Shown here: one piece after another, positions 22,101 to 31,065 of the stretch
Numbering within the stretch: position 1 is the stretch's first letter
Layout: every line of letters starts with the position of its first letter
Virus record (IMG/VR): IMGVR_UViG_3300017714_000064
Location: 1 to 34,096 of that record
Source: a virus
Taxonomy: Duplodnaviria; Caudoviricetes
Direction: 5' to 3' (one strand)
Length of the DNA: 34,096 bases
Notes under the pieces: model-generated
Told to the model about the DNA's origin: nothing
Databases searched by the model: none
The model's input: the letters and a program-made list of their open reading frames with translations, nothing else
Program-made: the position numbers and the translations under genes

Positions 22101-25100
22101 CAAAAGGTGTCGTAATTGTGCAATCAAATGTTTGTGAATTGACATCATAACTCACTTTTTGAACACTAACACCATTTGTGTTATTTACTGTGAATACTTC
22201 TGCTCCAAAGTCTGATATTCCTTTTGGTGGAACTTCAGTAACAATTCTGGATATCGAAGAACCAGAAATAACTGCTCTTAATAGACCATTAGAAATTTCT
22301 TTTCTATCATCTTTATTGATCAAAACTAAATCTGGTGCATTAATAAAGTTAGATCCCCCATCAGTAACACTAACAAATCCTACAATATTGGATCCTATTA
22401 AAGAAAATGTAGGAGCAATTGAGGCAATAGGTTTTAAAGTTTTATCTGAGGAATATTCATAATTAGTATCGATTACTTTAGAAGATAATACATTACCAAT
22501 ACTAGAAGATTTCGATAAGATTGATAAACCACTACCTTCTTCTGAATCTGTTCCACTGAAAATTGGAAGTTTACTGTAATTTAATCCTCTTGATATTATT
22601 TTAACTTTGTTAACCGGTCCTTTCGCATTTTTGGATGTGGTAGTGTATTCTAACTTGTCACATTCAGATCTATCATAACTTAATTTTTCGGGGACATTTC
22701 TAAGATTTATATCAAAAGAGGAAGATTCCGAAGATTCAATTCCAAATACACTGTATCTTTGGTTATAAAAACTATCAAAATATAAAATTTCTGAATAGTT
22801 TTCTATAGTAGTATCAGATGTACTAATATATCCAGATTTTTCGAGTGAGTAATAAATTTTTTGAGGTAAATTTGAATTGTAATTGATAGTAAATTCTGCT
22901 TCCAAATCTCCAGGAGTTCCAGATTCCACTGTTACAAATGTATCCGTGGATCCTGTAGAAACAAAATCGTTTAAAAATTCTTTATCGTAAAAAACTTTAA
23001 ATTTATATCCAGATAAAGTATTATCTGATAAATCAAACACTAAGTTGTTATTTTTTACAACTTTAATTTGTGGATTGATTAAAGATATTTTTTGATTGGA
23101 ATTACCCGTAGAAGTAATATCAATTTCTTTTGGTGGATTAATACGTGTGTCGATTATAGTTTCACATAATTTAATTGTATTAATATCTTTTACAAATACA
23201 TAATACGAAGTATTATTAACAGGAACATTTGGTGAAATATATGAAGAATTTGTATATATTACTTTGTCTCCGGTTTTAAATGAATGATTAGAAATAGTAA
23301 TTTCATTCAGTGAAGTATTAATATCAGACGTGTTTATCTTAACCGGATCAATAATTATATTCTCGGTGTAGTCATTATATAAAACCTTTACTTTAGAGGA
23401 AGTTCCAATTCCAACAGAGAGAGATGGGTTTATATTTAAATCAATAACATCTCCACTTTTTAAACCATGATATGTTGATACTGATACAGTAGATTTATTT
23501 TTTGCAATTTTTGCAGTTCTTTCATCAAAAACACTTTCAATTAAATAATCCGCAGAATTTTGACCATCTACAATAAAATAAACTTCTGTCGAAGTTGGGG
23601 AAGTTTTAAAGCCAATAGTATCTCTGGATTTGTTTGCTATGTAAAGATCAGAAGGTAAATTGAAATTTATACCCGTAGGAGTGCTCTTTACTTGGATGTC
23701 ATTATTACCACCCGTATCAAAATTTACTTTTTGATTATTTTTGAATGGATGATCTTTTAAGAAAATTGATTGTGCCGGGACACTCAATTTTATTAACTCT
23801 TCTCCAAGATTAAATTGAATACCAGTAGATCTTCCTGATATTGTGCCAAGACCTACAGATTCTTTAGGGTTAAAATAAACTTTAACATTTTTGTTTGAAT
23901 CGAAATATGGGATAGATTTTTCAATGTCAAAGATATAATTATTAAATGTAACAGCAGTTCCTACTGTATGAACTATTCCTACGTTTGAACTATCTCTTTT
24001 TACTCTAAGTATATTCTTTTCGGAGTATACATTAAGTATGGAAAGAGTCTCATTACCAATGTGTATACTAGATCCAGAAGATACATTATTTGGAATATCT
24101 GTAACGTAAATATCAGTAGAGATTCCACTTGCGGTTATTTCTGTAGAAATAGCAACATTTGGAATTTCTTCGACTGAAATCAAGGAGAAACCATTCAATT
24201 GGGATAATTTAGAAGTTGTAAATCCAGAAACGTTTACATAATCTCCATTTTTAAAAGTGTTTGGTGATGGTGTATGAACTCTAATTTTATTGGAGTTCCA
24301 TACAAAAACTGCATTTTCAAAAATTTCTGAGGATGTTGTTATGTTGGAAATTTCTTTTCCTTTAATCGAAGAAACTTCAGATTGAACACCACCACCAAAA
24401 GATTGATTTTCGAATTTTAATTTATCACCAATTTTATAATTTTGTCCTGGATTTACAATATCAATTTTATCGATATTACCTTTAGAAATAGAAGATATTC
24501 TTACATCCTGATTAGAGATTTCTCTAGATTCTGTTACAAAATCATATCCAGAAAATCTTTCGGTAATCTTGAATGGGAAAGTATTTCTAATCAAATTAGA
24601 TTTTGTAAACTCAAATGTTTGATCTAAGAAATTATTTTCGGTTAATAAATTTGATTTAAACGAGTTTCCTATAAAGTATGGGAATTCTGGTTTTTCTGTA
24701 AATGAATTTATTGAAGCATGGTATGCATAAACTCCATTTGGAAATTCATTTGTTTTTTCAAATCTTCCATTATGTTCATCTAGATCTCCAGAATTATCAA
24801 AACAATAATCTTCAACAAAAAATCCATCAGGAAACCCAGAAGGTCTATCAATAACTTTTGAAGTGTCTAGAGTATATCCAGAAATTAATGTTTTTGTAAT
24901 TGAATTTATATCTGTAGGATCTGATATTCCAAAGCAACCATATATTGGATTTCCATCATAAGCCCATCCGATAATACCAGAACTTGTAGAAGGTTCTTCC
25001 CCAAAAGAGTCTCTTAATTTATCTAAGTATCCATTAAAAGTGAACTGAAGACCTTGATTTTTATTTTTTAAATCGTAATATAAACCGGATCTTTTTTGTG

Positions 25101-28100
25101 TGGAATTTACAATTAAAGATCTAATTTTTCCTTCATATACAGCATTTAGTCCTCTAGGTCTTATGATAATCTTACTATTGTCTGGATAATTTGAACCTCT
25201 ATTAATCACAACAACCGAAGAGATTTTGCCTTCAGAAATATTTGCTTTTAACTTAGCACCAGATCCTTTTCCAGTAGAATCAAATAACTCTAAATCTGGT
25301 TCTGAAAAATACTCAAATCCCCCAAATTCAATACTGACAGACAACAAGGAACCTGAAATAATATTTGGTTTGATACTTGCTTCTCTTCCATTTTGTAAAA
25401 ATATTTTTGGGTTTCTTTCAAAATTTAGTGTTTTTGATCCAAATCCAAGACCTTTGTTATAAACATAAATTTGTTCTATAGATCCTTTAATAGTTGGTGA
25501 AACTTGTATAGATTTTGCAGTTTCAACTGCAGATCCTACTGGTGATAAGTTTACAGTTATTTTGATATCTGGATATTTAAATTTTTGGTATCCAGATCCT
25601 GTCGATGACAATTTAACAATATTCCTTCTTTCAAAGTTAGATGATATTGTATTTCCTACACCAGCATCACATAATTGGAAAGAATCTTTATTGTTTGCTA
25701 TAATATAATAACTGTTTGCTGTGGAAAGACCAGATATTGGAGTCTCTCCAGAATCAATAAAGTAATCGACAACTTCTCCAGTGGAAAATCCATGATCTTC
25801 AAAGTTAATTGCATTTTTTGCAGTAGATATTCCTGAAGTTTTTACATACAGTTGTCTATTTGTAAATGTTCCTCCATCAATAACTCTAATTTCAGTGAGA
25901 GTGTCTTTAAAATCTGCAGTTTTAAATTTTTGAATTCCCGTAAAAATAGTTCCACCAAATCCAATAGGATTTGTACCATTTATCGATTCTTCAAAGGTAT
26001 TATATAATTTAATTGTTGTGTTGTTGTCTACAGATACGAAATAAGAACTATTGTTTGTAAGAGTAGATGATCCCAATCCTATACTGACGTTATTATTTCC
26101 ATTATTAAAATAAACTACCTCTTGACCATTAAAGAAATTATGGTCTTCTGAGAATGATAACTGATTGGTGGACGTGGAGATACCACCACCTTGTGTAGTT
26201 TTTCTTGCATCAAATAAAACTTCTCTTCTTCTTTTTGCTAATATTGGTTGTAATATTCCTCCTTTAGAATTTCCACCTTCGATAGAAATACTTGTAATTT
26301 GTTCAATATCAAATTCTTGAGGGGTTACATTAATATCTGTTATTGTACCTGTAATAACTGGTATTGCTAAAGCTTCTTCAGATCCACCTTGTACCTTTAG
26401 TTTGGGTAAATTAATAACATCGTAATCTTTTCCACCATTTAAAACTCTAATCTTTTCTAGAGGACCATAATATACTTTATCTTCCGATTTATAATTTGAT
26501 ATTTCTACACCATTTATGAGCATCCCTACAGAAAAATTCGGAATAGTATCTGTGGATTTTCCAGATTTTATATTTGAAGGAATTGAGAATTTTCTTAAAA
26601 TCTTTGAACCGGATAATTCTTTATTACTTTGAGAAAATAATCTAAAGGTATGAGAACCTGAAATTTCATTTTCAGTAGATTCTGGATATTTGTCAGAGTA
26701 AAATTTGACAGCAAACTTATCATCATCCAATGTACTCACAGATTCGAATAATTTTATAGAATTTTGGTCAATTACTTTTACATAGTATTCATTATTATCT
26801 AAATTGAATAATCTTTTATCTGAAAATTCATAAACTATTCTATCACCAGTTATAAATTCAACATTATCTTCGAAAGATATTGTAGTGAATGCATTAGTAT
26901 CTAGATCTTTATCTGTTATAAATCCAGAATTAGGGGAAATATTCTGTTCAGATAATTTGGGGGTTAAGTTATATAAAAATTCTGTGGTTATTCCCGTAAT
27001 TCTACTTGAAGGTAAAGAATTAGATGCGACATATGCAAATTTGTTATCTTCGAAATATACATTTTGAATATCAGTTATTTCGGAACTATTTCCATTTAAA
27101 AAACCGATAGTATTACTGTATGCTTTATTGACCTTTCTTCTTAACTTATAAAGTCCATTTCCAGTAAAAGAGAATCCTGATAAAAATATTTGTTTTGATC
27201 CTATAGAAATATCTTGACCAACAAAAGGAGTGTCAGTTGTTGAGGTTGGGTATACAACTATATTTGTACTTCTATCTACAATTTCTACTAAATCGTTTTT
27301 CTTTAATTGGCATCTATCGACGGAATTTTTTAGATTTACAATAGATCCTGTTATAGATTCAATGTCAACTGAGGGACAAGCATTATAAATCCAAGAGTTT
27401 GCGAAAATTTGCTTATAACTCTTATTATTTTCAGGGTTTTTAACATTATCACCAATACTTTGAACTGATACTTTTTGGTTCTTAGATATAGTAATATCAT
27501 CAGAACCTTGATTAAATTCTGAAATAATTCCAGTTAATCTAAAATCAATTCTCTTTGAAACATCACCATTTTCAAAAGAAAAGTAAGTATCATCAGAATA
27601 AATGTTATCCGCAGAAGAAATTTTGCTTTCTACACCAGAACAACCAAAAAACTGATTAATACTCTTGTTGGTATAGGTTATTGTATTAGATCCGGAGTAA
27701 ATAGTTCCAGATTCTGAAAATCCAATAGTAGAATCTACACTAATTACAGAATCACCTACATTAACATCCTCTAATAATTTTGTATTTGGGGTTATATCAA
27801 AAGTTTCTTTTGCTGTAAGTCCATCATTTGAACCAACAAAAAGAGATACTTTATAATATAATTTTTGTCCTCTAGTAAAAGGACTTATAGAAGAAATTGC
27901 AGCAGAAACAAAAGAATTATTATTTTTGTATAATGATTGGCCTTTTATATTTACAGGATTTCCATCAGAGATAGGTTCTAAAATTGCAACATCGGATCTG
28001 ACATAATTTGAATCTGAAGACTTTAAAAGATAGTCTTCTAGATTAATAATAGATGGATTTTCCCCAAAAAGCACATTAAATAAAATTCTAAAAGATTCAT

Positions 28101-28719
28101 CAGTACCTTTTGATGAATAAAGAGATTTTATTTCCTTAATAAAATTACCTACATCAATTCTATCATCAAACTTTCTACCTTCAAATCCCGGAGCAAAGGT
28201 AAATTTAAACTTTTTAAAAAATTCCTTTAAAAATAAAGAACTTAAATTTGTTACTTTAGAATCTTCACTATGTGATGATTTACTAGTTTGATCAAATACT
28301 AATTCCTCTATATTCAGATCATCATGATAATCTGTTATTCCACTAAAACCACGTATACATCCTATAAAACTATTGGTTGTAATTCCAGTATATGTGATAA
28401 TTTCATTGTCAATTTTAAGAAGTCCATACTTTGTTGGGAATCCTTTAGTGCTTGATACGGTAATAGTATCATCATCTTCTCCAATAGAAGATTCTAAAGT
28501 TACATTGTCAACAATAATTTCTGGTTTTAAATTATCTAATTTTAAATATTGATCTAAATTTTCTGCAATATCTACCGTTCCACCTTGATATTCTTGGGAT
28601 ATGTAATATTGTTTTAGAAAATCAAGAGTTTTTGGACTTTCATCCAAAATAAATTCTGGAAGTTGATTTGAAATTACATCTTGAATCTTTACTCTAGATT
28701 CAAATCCAGTACGTATCAT
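16165..28719 (-). CDS. gp7: Giant baseplate wedge initiator (gp7-like), 4184 aa, multi-repeat
   Basis: Lies between gp6 and gp8. N-terminal QLPEFI...FLKQYY...IKSLYSSKGTDESFRILF and internal DNDYYQNLSY...HTIG motifs are typical of gp7-like proteins in these phages. Confidence 0.82.
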   Translation of the reverse strand: MIRTGFESRVKIQDVISNQLPEFILDESPKTLDFLKQYYISQEYQGGTVDIAENLDQYLKLDNLKPEIIVDNVTLESSIGEDDDTITVSSTKGFPTKYGLLKIDNEIITYTGITTNSFIGCIRGFSGITDYHDDLNIEELVFDQTSKSSHSEDSKVTNLSSLFLKEFFKKFKFTFAPGFEGRKFDDRIDVGNFIKEIKSLYSSKGTDESFRILFNVLFGENPSIINLEDYLLKSSDSNYVRSDVAILEPISDGNPVNIKGQSLYKNNNSFVSAAISSISPFTRGQKLYYKVSLFVGSNDGLTAKETFDITPNTKLLEDVNVGDSVISVDSTIGFSESGTIYSGSNTITYTNKSINQFFGCSGVESKISSADNIYSDDTYFSFENGDVSKRIDFRLTGIISEFNQGSDDITISKNQKVSVQSIGDNVKNPENNKSYKQIFANSWIYNACPSVDIESITGSIVNLKNSVDRCQLKKNDLVEIVDRSTNIVVYPTSTTDTPFVGQDISIGSKQIFLSGFSFTGNGLYKLRRKVNKAYSNTIGFLNGNSSEITDIQNVYFEDNKFAYVASNSLPSSRITGITTEFLYNLTPKLSEQNISPNSGFITDKDLDTNAFTTISFEDNVEFITGDRIVYEFSDKRLFNLDNNEYYVKVIDQNSIKLFESVSTLDDDKFAVKFYSDKYPESTENEISGSHTFRLFSQSNKELSGSKILRKFSIPSNIKSGKSTDTIPNFSVGMLINGVEISNYKSEDKVYYGPLEKIRVLNGGKDYDVINLPKLKVQGGSEEALAIPVITGTITDINVTPQEFDIEQITSISIEGGNSKGGILQPILAKRRREVLFDARKTTQGGGISTSTNQLSFSEDHNFFNGQEVVYFNNGNNNVSIGLGSSTLTNNSSYFVSVDNNTTIKLYNTFEESINGTNPIGFGGTIFTGIQKFKTADFKDTLTEIRVIDGGTFTNRQLYVKTSGISTAKNAINFEDHGFSTGEVVDYFIDSGETPISGLSTANSYYIIANNKDSFQLCDAGVGNTISSNFERRNIVKLSSTGSGYQKFKYPDIKITVNLSPVGSAVETAKSIQVSPTIKGSIEQIYVYNKGLGFGSKTLNFERNPKIFLQNGREASIKPNIISGSLLSVSIEFGGFEYFSEPDLELFDSTGKGSGAKLKANISEGKISSVVVINRGSNYPDNSKIIIRPRGLNAVYEGKIRSLIVNSTQKRSGLYYDLKNKNQGLQFTFNGYLDKLRDSFGEEPSTSSGIIGWAYDGNPIYGCFGISDPTDINSITKTLISGYTLDTSKVIDRPSGFPDGFFVEDYCFDNSGDLDEHNGRFEKTNEFPNGVYAYHASINSFTEKPEFPYFIGNSFKSNLLTENNFLDQTFEFTKSNLIRNTFPFKITERFSGYDFVTESREISNQDVRISSISKGNIDKIDIVNPGQNYKIGDKLKFENQSFGGGVQSEVSSIKGKEISNITTSSEIFENAVFVWNSNKIRVHTPSPNTFKNGDYVNVSGFTTSKLSQLNGFSLISVEEIPNVAISTEITASGISTDIYVTDIPNNVSSGSSIHIGNETLSILNVYSEKNILRVKRDSSNVGIVHTVGTAVTFNNYIFDIEKSIPYFDSNKNVKVYFNPKESVGLGTISGRSTGIQFNLGEELIKLSVPAQSIFLKDHPFKNNQKVNFDTGGNNDIQVKSTPTGINFNLPSDLYIANKSRDTIGFKTSPTSTEVYFIVDGQNSADYLIESVFDERTAKIAKNKSTVSVSTYHGLKSGDVIDLNINPSLSVGIGTSSKVKVLYNDYTENIIIDPVKINTSDINTSLNEITISNHSFKTGDKVIYTNSSYISPNVPVNNTSYYVFVKDINTIKLCETIIDTRINPPKEIDITSTGNSNQKISLINPQIKVVKNNNLVFDLSDNTLSGYKFKVFYDKEFLNDFVSTGSTDTFVTVESGTPGDLEAEFTINYNSNLPQKIYYSLEKSGYISTSDTTIENYSEILYFDSFYNQRYSVFGIESSESSSFDINLRNVPEKLSYDRSECDKLEYTTTSKNAKGPVNKVKIISRGLNYSKLPIFSGTDSEEGSGLSILSKSSSIGNVLSSKVIDTNYEYSSDKTLKPIASIAPTFSLIGSNIVGFVSVTDGGSNFINAPDLVLINKDDRKEISNGLLRAVISGSSISRIVTEVPPKGISDFGAEVFTVNNTNGVSVQKVSYDVNSQTFDCTITTPFGGFGKKPFAINDEVFIEGIQKEGLLGDGFNSKDYGYKFFTVTNYGLAADPSGADIVTIKSKSSNPGTPKSIQDSSGTLVNTKNYPVFLVEIESSNFQIGEDILLNGEESNLEVFEYESSNIIKIFGSDAIKFNDKITGKVSGNVATINDIDLFDGSYTVSATNRVDEGWFTRSGFLNEDYQVLPDNDYYQNLSYAIKSQVTWNDQKTAINDIVHTIGTKNFAHTELTKESDVGITTSSNVTTIVVDILNEKRVDTINNFDLVQDADVFGKKSRFLKLKAKKLSDFNEAISNNVLKIDDISEDFSDSEFDPELFVSIDDEKVSDSSIYQNFLIKVVSEESKNQIQFTDMTILSDPGNNNFAILEKETLTNSGLGTSHTGNEQYGDFSIETDLFGDTFIRFTPTDPFNVDYDIKFIKKSFTNDIGISTESIGFVDLISFSNVVSTGSTMNIVGFDTSSLSSIFVTANIIDGSNNISNLVELYVTHDGENTSIAEYFVDSDSDFNSDSFLGIGSFVADINSGQFTLDFENNSPNNLIIKSRIVGFGSTGRGEGNYRYLAENQPATTERTAIYRSDIEETNAGSAKTVLSLNKFNFDAVKSFIEVGIGSIKTLHQVLLLQDQNNIFIQQSPYITDDNYTTGIGTFGGSYLGSTNFDLVFYPDGNQDISINAFSQCFYTEVDFINQPKPLSYGSALDEHKVAAYNSINGDRFNTKSFTLTKDGVPILARTFNPVNTNQLDASTGKFTLTGNYFNENEELIYTAKSTFAGISAVDMTYKNGASEGSLPSSVFVINKNEDDDTFQISTTRAGTAVTFTDLGSGNDHQFEMFKSNEKVLITLSDLVQYPLVTTLITKTLEGNGGSVSAASSFISLSGISTINPLDLLKVDNEYMLVNNVGFGTTNVGPISGLGDINLVNVQRGTVGSSSTIHSDSSSVKVFQGTFNILDGKINFTEPPRGNAILTRNKSNLEYESAEFSGRVFLRKDYSTNKIYDNLGPTFTGIGRTYTLTVGGQNTTGIGTSGGNGFVILNGIYQSPITDNNPVGNYNILEDSVAGITSISFTGIRSDLGDPNSVFISEIDVNQNQLPRGGIIVSLGSSGGLGIAPLDGAKVFPRLNGLGEITSIVGVSTYGSSLGIQTTSYNEETGILEVTTSTIHNLNSSNQQIWLENLEFSCDNSYAGITTTIFPDGTLGNIFNIVGIVSERSFNLDIGISTIPHSYVGSGNAYPYFNGLSFGSGYREPVSVIVTDPVYTHDFYSADTDSITVISGVGGPFTPEDSNYDGATGLLTLVIKNHGLQVGNTIRIADNSINFTCSKDDYTSIHSYPRSTDPAFGTTISIAATTTNTFTVGVGSAVGSGATITATVGAGGTLSFNIVDGGSKYVNPQVFVSEPSYENLSVTGVSRVGLGTTTDTGVGFKVSVDVGASSTTGIGSTYFEVKNFKIVNNGYAFKKGDVFTPVGLVTDSRLSSPITQFQLTVLNTYSDNFAVFQYGEFDYIDSVKNYQDGNRRRFPLFYQGDLISFESGNDDIPETDLKNLLLIIVNGIIQDPGTAYTFEGGTSFLFTEAPKVEDNIDIFFYRGTKGSDDNLVTDIIPSIEVGDTIQVKKNNSIPKTITQDERVVFDLSRSDTFETNPYADQGINEIDLKPLSWTKQKTDRVVNGQQVFKTRRSILSQIYPVTKIIKDVSTSDTDIFVDNVDFFGSDDIDGAPYQFKGLIAENNNFESADITTIIGTGGTISEITITNPGSGYLPSSTIDIKFMNPLTVGTGIGTTASATGNISVGGTLSSVTITNPGFGYTVAPRAIVETIDPIIEKTGIIQNIKGFNGNIIGIGTTTSSGQLALKFNIERDKDENNNSVNIENLTTGNAILVYNTNVGSGVTTVDGDDNSIIGIGTSFLDNIYYINEITTSGPTGIITCTVDSGSNIAGIATTGGYLGRFSWGRLENVVRSSSPISIGVTGKTVDVGLTAFPSVIRRGVGLRQTGAI

Positions 28720-28720
28720 A

Positions 28721-30631
28721 TTACTCTCTAATTAATTTTCCGTTTGAATAACTTGATGTATAGAAACTTCTTCTAAACACTGTCCCTGATATTTCTTCAC
28801 CTGAGGAAATAACGTCTTTTAACATATTTATTTCAGTATTAGAAATGTCTAATTTCAAGAAAATATCACGCAACCCAATAACATCATTAGATTCTGGTAT
28901 AGCTTGAACTTCTACAATATTATTTGGTTTTTCGGTAGAAGTGATATTTATAGTTCCAATATTAATTTCACCCTTAACATAATCTACCGTTCCTGCAGAT
29001 TTAGAAACAACTCTAATTGTTCCGTTTGCTAAATTTTTCACAACAGAAATTAATCCAGTCTTTCTATCTGGATTTGGGACATCAGTCAAATAAACAGTTT
29101 CACTTTCACCAGCAACAGTAAATCCTGTAGATTTAATGTTAAATCCACCATCATTTACATGGAATTGATTACCAAAACATAGTTCGTATTGTGTAAATTG
29201 ATTGAGGAGAGTATTTAAATTTCTTCTTATCTTTACTCTAGTAATATTAGATGTAATAGCAGTATCAGTATCATCAATTGCTCTTAAAACTCTACTATAC
29301 TTAAACCTTCCTCCAAACTTATTTAAATCTAAAGAGTTTGCATAACTACTGAGAGTATTTGATATTCTAGTCTTAAGTGACTGTGGAGTTGATACTTTTG
29401 AGTCGTCATAATAAATAAAGGAATCTAATTCTACATATAAAACTTTCAAGTCTAGAATACTTTGCTTAATTCCAGAAACGGAATAATTCTTGAGTTGGGA
29501 AAGTATTCTAGACTTATTAAACTCACTAACCAACTCACCATTTTTTGGTTTGATTGATATTTGAACTGTACCAAATTCTGGGGGATCTAATTCTTCACCA
29601 CCAATAATAGAAACAGATTCTGTATCTGGATAGATTTCTTTAATAATAGCTTCATAGTCTTGACCAGTTACTGCTCTGTTCTGTGCAGAGTATATCTTTG
29701 GTGCAAAATACTTAATTGAATCTATCTTTTCAATTCCAGAACCATTTTGTGCTTTAGATACTGTGTTTACGGTAAATGGTTGTGGTAAAATTGGGTTATT
29801 ATTGCTATCAACTATTCTACCTGCAAAAGAGAAGAATGATGCACCATTTCCTTCTTCACCTTCAGTTACCAAATAGTTAACTTCAATAACATCACCATTT
29901 TGCAATTTCTTTCCAATTAATCCATCACCAAACAACAATTCATATTTTTCATCTTGTATTTCTTGTATTAAAAATATAGTAGACTCATTATTCACATTTA
30001 CAATATTATCGACTAACTTATATTCTATCCCATCAACGTAAACTTTTATTGTTGCAGTATCGATAAAGGAATTATCTAAAATAAATCTCTGATCTAATGA
30101 TCCATCATAGACAAATTTCTTTGTTAGAAATGTTCCTTGAAGAACTTCAATGTTATTAAAATCTGCTCTTATGGAATTGATAATATTTTCATTTTCACCC
30201 ACAAAACTCACATCTTCAGTTTGAACCGTAATATCCTCTACGACCGAAAATAAGTATGATGTATTTTCTACAAGACCTTTACACACAAGACCTTTTTGAA
30301 GAGATACTTTTTGTGTATCTGTACCTTCTACTGTAATTGAGAAAGATATTGTAGATTTAGCAGAATTTCTGGATCTTGGAACATATCCAATATTTCTTGC
30401 TAAAGAAACGACATTCTCTCTAAGGGTCGCAGAGTCTAAGAAAGACTCATTTACGACCATGTTAGAGTTGAATGCCGTTATATAGGTATTATATGCTAAT
30501 GTATCAATTAAGACTGAGAAGTTAGAACCTTCAAAATCAAATCCCGTGAAATTTGAATTAGAACGAAGATAATCTTTGATAGATTCTTTTATTTGATCAA
30601 AGTCTAAATTTGTAAATTTTGTAAAAGGCAT
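28721..30631 (-). CDS. gp6: Baseplate wedge subunit gp6
   Basis: LDFDQIK, DFEGS, LAYNTY, ESFLDSA..R, GYVPRS, FGDG..G, QNRAVT..DY; 636 aa. Confidence 0.95.
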   Translation of the reverse strand: MPFTKFTNLDFDQIKESIKDYLRSNSNFTGFDFEGSNFSVLIDTLAYNTYITAFNSNMVVNESFLDSATLRENVVSLARNIGYVPRSRNSAKSTISFSITVEGTDTQKVSLQKGLVCKGLVENTSYLFSVVEDITVQTEDVSFVGENENIINSIRADFNNIEVLQGTFLTKKFVYDGSLDQRFILDNSFIDTATIKVYVDGIEYKLVDNIVNVNNESTIFLIQEIQDEKYELLFGDGLIGKKLQNGDVIEVNYLVTEGEEGNGASFFSFAGRIVDSNNNPILPQPFTVNTVSKAQNGSGIEKIDSIKYFAPKIYSAQNRAVTGQDYEAIIKEIYPDTESVSIIGGEELDPPEFGTVQISIKPKNGELVSEFNKSRILSQLKNYSVSGIKQSILDLKVLYVELDSFIYYDDSKVSTPQSLKTRISNTLSSYANSLDLNKFGGRFKYSRVLRAIDDTDTAITSNITRVKIRRNLNTLLNQFTQYELCFGNQFHVNDGGFNIKSTGFTVAGESETVYLTDVPNPDRKTGLISVVKNLANGTIRVVSKSAGTVDYVKGEINIGTINITSTEKPNNIVEVQAIPESNDVIGLRDIFLKLDISNTEINMLKDVISSGEEISGTVFRRSFYTSSYSNGKLIRE

Positions 30632-30632
30632 T

Positions 30633-31028
30633 TTATCTTGTTGCCTCTAAAAGGAATGAATATTCTTGTGTAGGAAACTCTTGTCCGATAATATCGTAAA
30701 TTATAGTAGCATTAAATGTATTTTGATCGGGTCTAGGTTCTACAATTACTTGTAAATTATTTACTCTCGGCTCAAAATTATCGATAGAAATTTGAATTTC
30801 ATCTGCAATTAGAGATGCAGTACCAAAATCGACGAAATCAAATAATGAACCTCTGACACTAGAACCAAAAATTGAGTTAAAAAACTTTTCTGTGGGGATT
30901 GTTTGGACAATATTCCTTACAGACCTACGAATTGCAGATTCGTTCCTCAATACTTGAACATCTTTAGTTACAGGATGAGGGTCGAAAGATAAACTTATAT
31001 CTTTAAACCCTCTTGATATCCTCTCCAT
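30633..31028 (-). CDS. gp25: Baseplate wedge subunit gp25
   Basis: FKDISLSF..HPVTKD, AIRRSVRNIV.T, EKFFN..FGS, NFEPRV; 131 aa. Confidence 0.93.
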   Translation of the reverse strand: MERISRGFKDISLSFDPHPVTKDVQVLRNESAIRRSVRNIVQTIPTEKFFNSIFGSSVRGSLFDFVDFGTASLIADEIQISIDNFEPRVNNLQVIVEPRPDQNTFNATIIYDIIGQEFPTQEYSFLLEATR

Positions 31029-31055
31029 TTTAATTTTAAAGAGTTTTCTTAATTT

Positions 31056-31063
31056 TATTTATA
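31056..31063 (-). promoter_or_regulatory. T4-type late promoter TATAAATA
   Basis: Exact consensus, about 28 nt upstream of the gp25 ATG. Confidence 0.85.
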
Positions 31064-31065
31064 CC

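Noticed and set aside
3865-27067. Short plus-strand ORFs and the nested 17973-18209 ORF within structural genes
   Set aside because: They lie wholly within long, well-supported genes and have no recognizable motifs.
16165-28719. Intein, intron, homing endonuclease or diversity-generating retroelement as the cause of the giant gene
   Set aside because: I saw no splice-junction, LAGLIDADG, HNH or reverse-transcriptase motifs and no long near-identical nucleotide repeat by eye; a dot-plot would be needed to exclude the last.
7181-31028. Absence of gp9-gp12 and relocation of gp25 next to gp6
   Set aside because: The order gp25-gp6-gp7-gp8-VrlC-like is the usual arrangement in cyanomyoviruses, so it is not novel.
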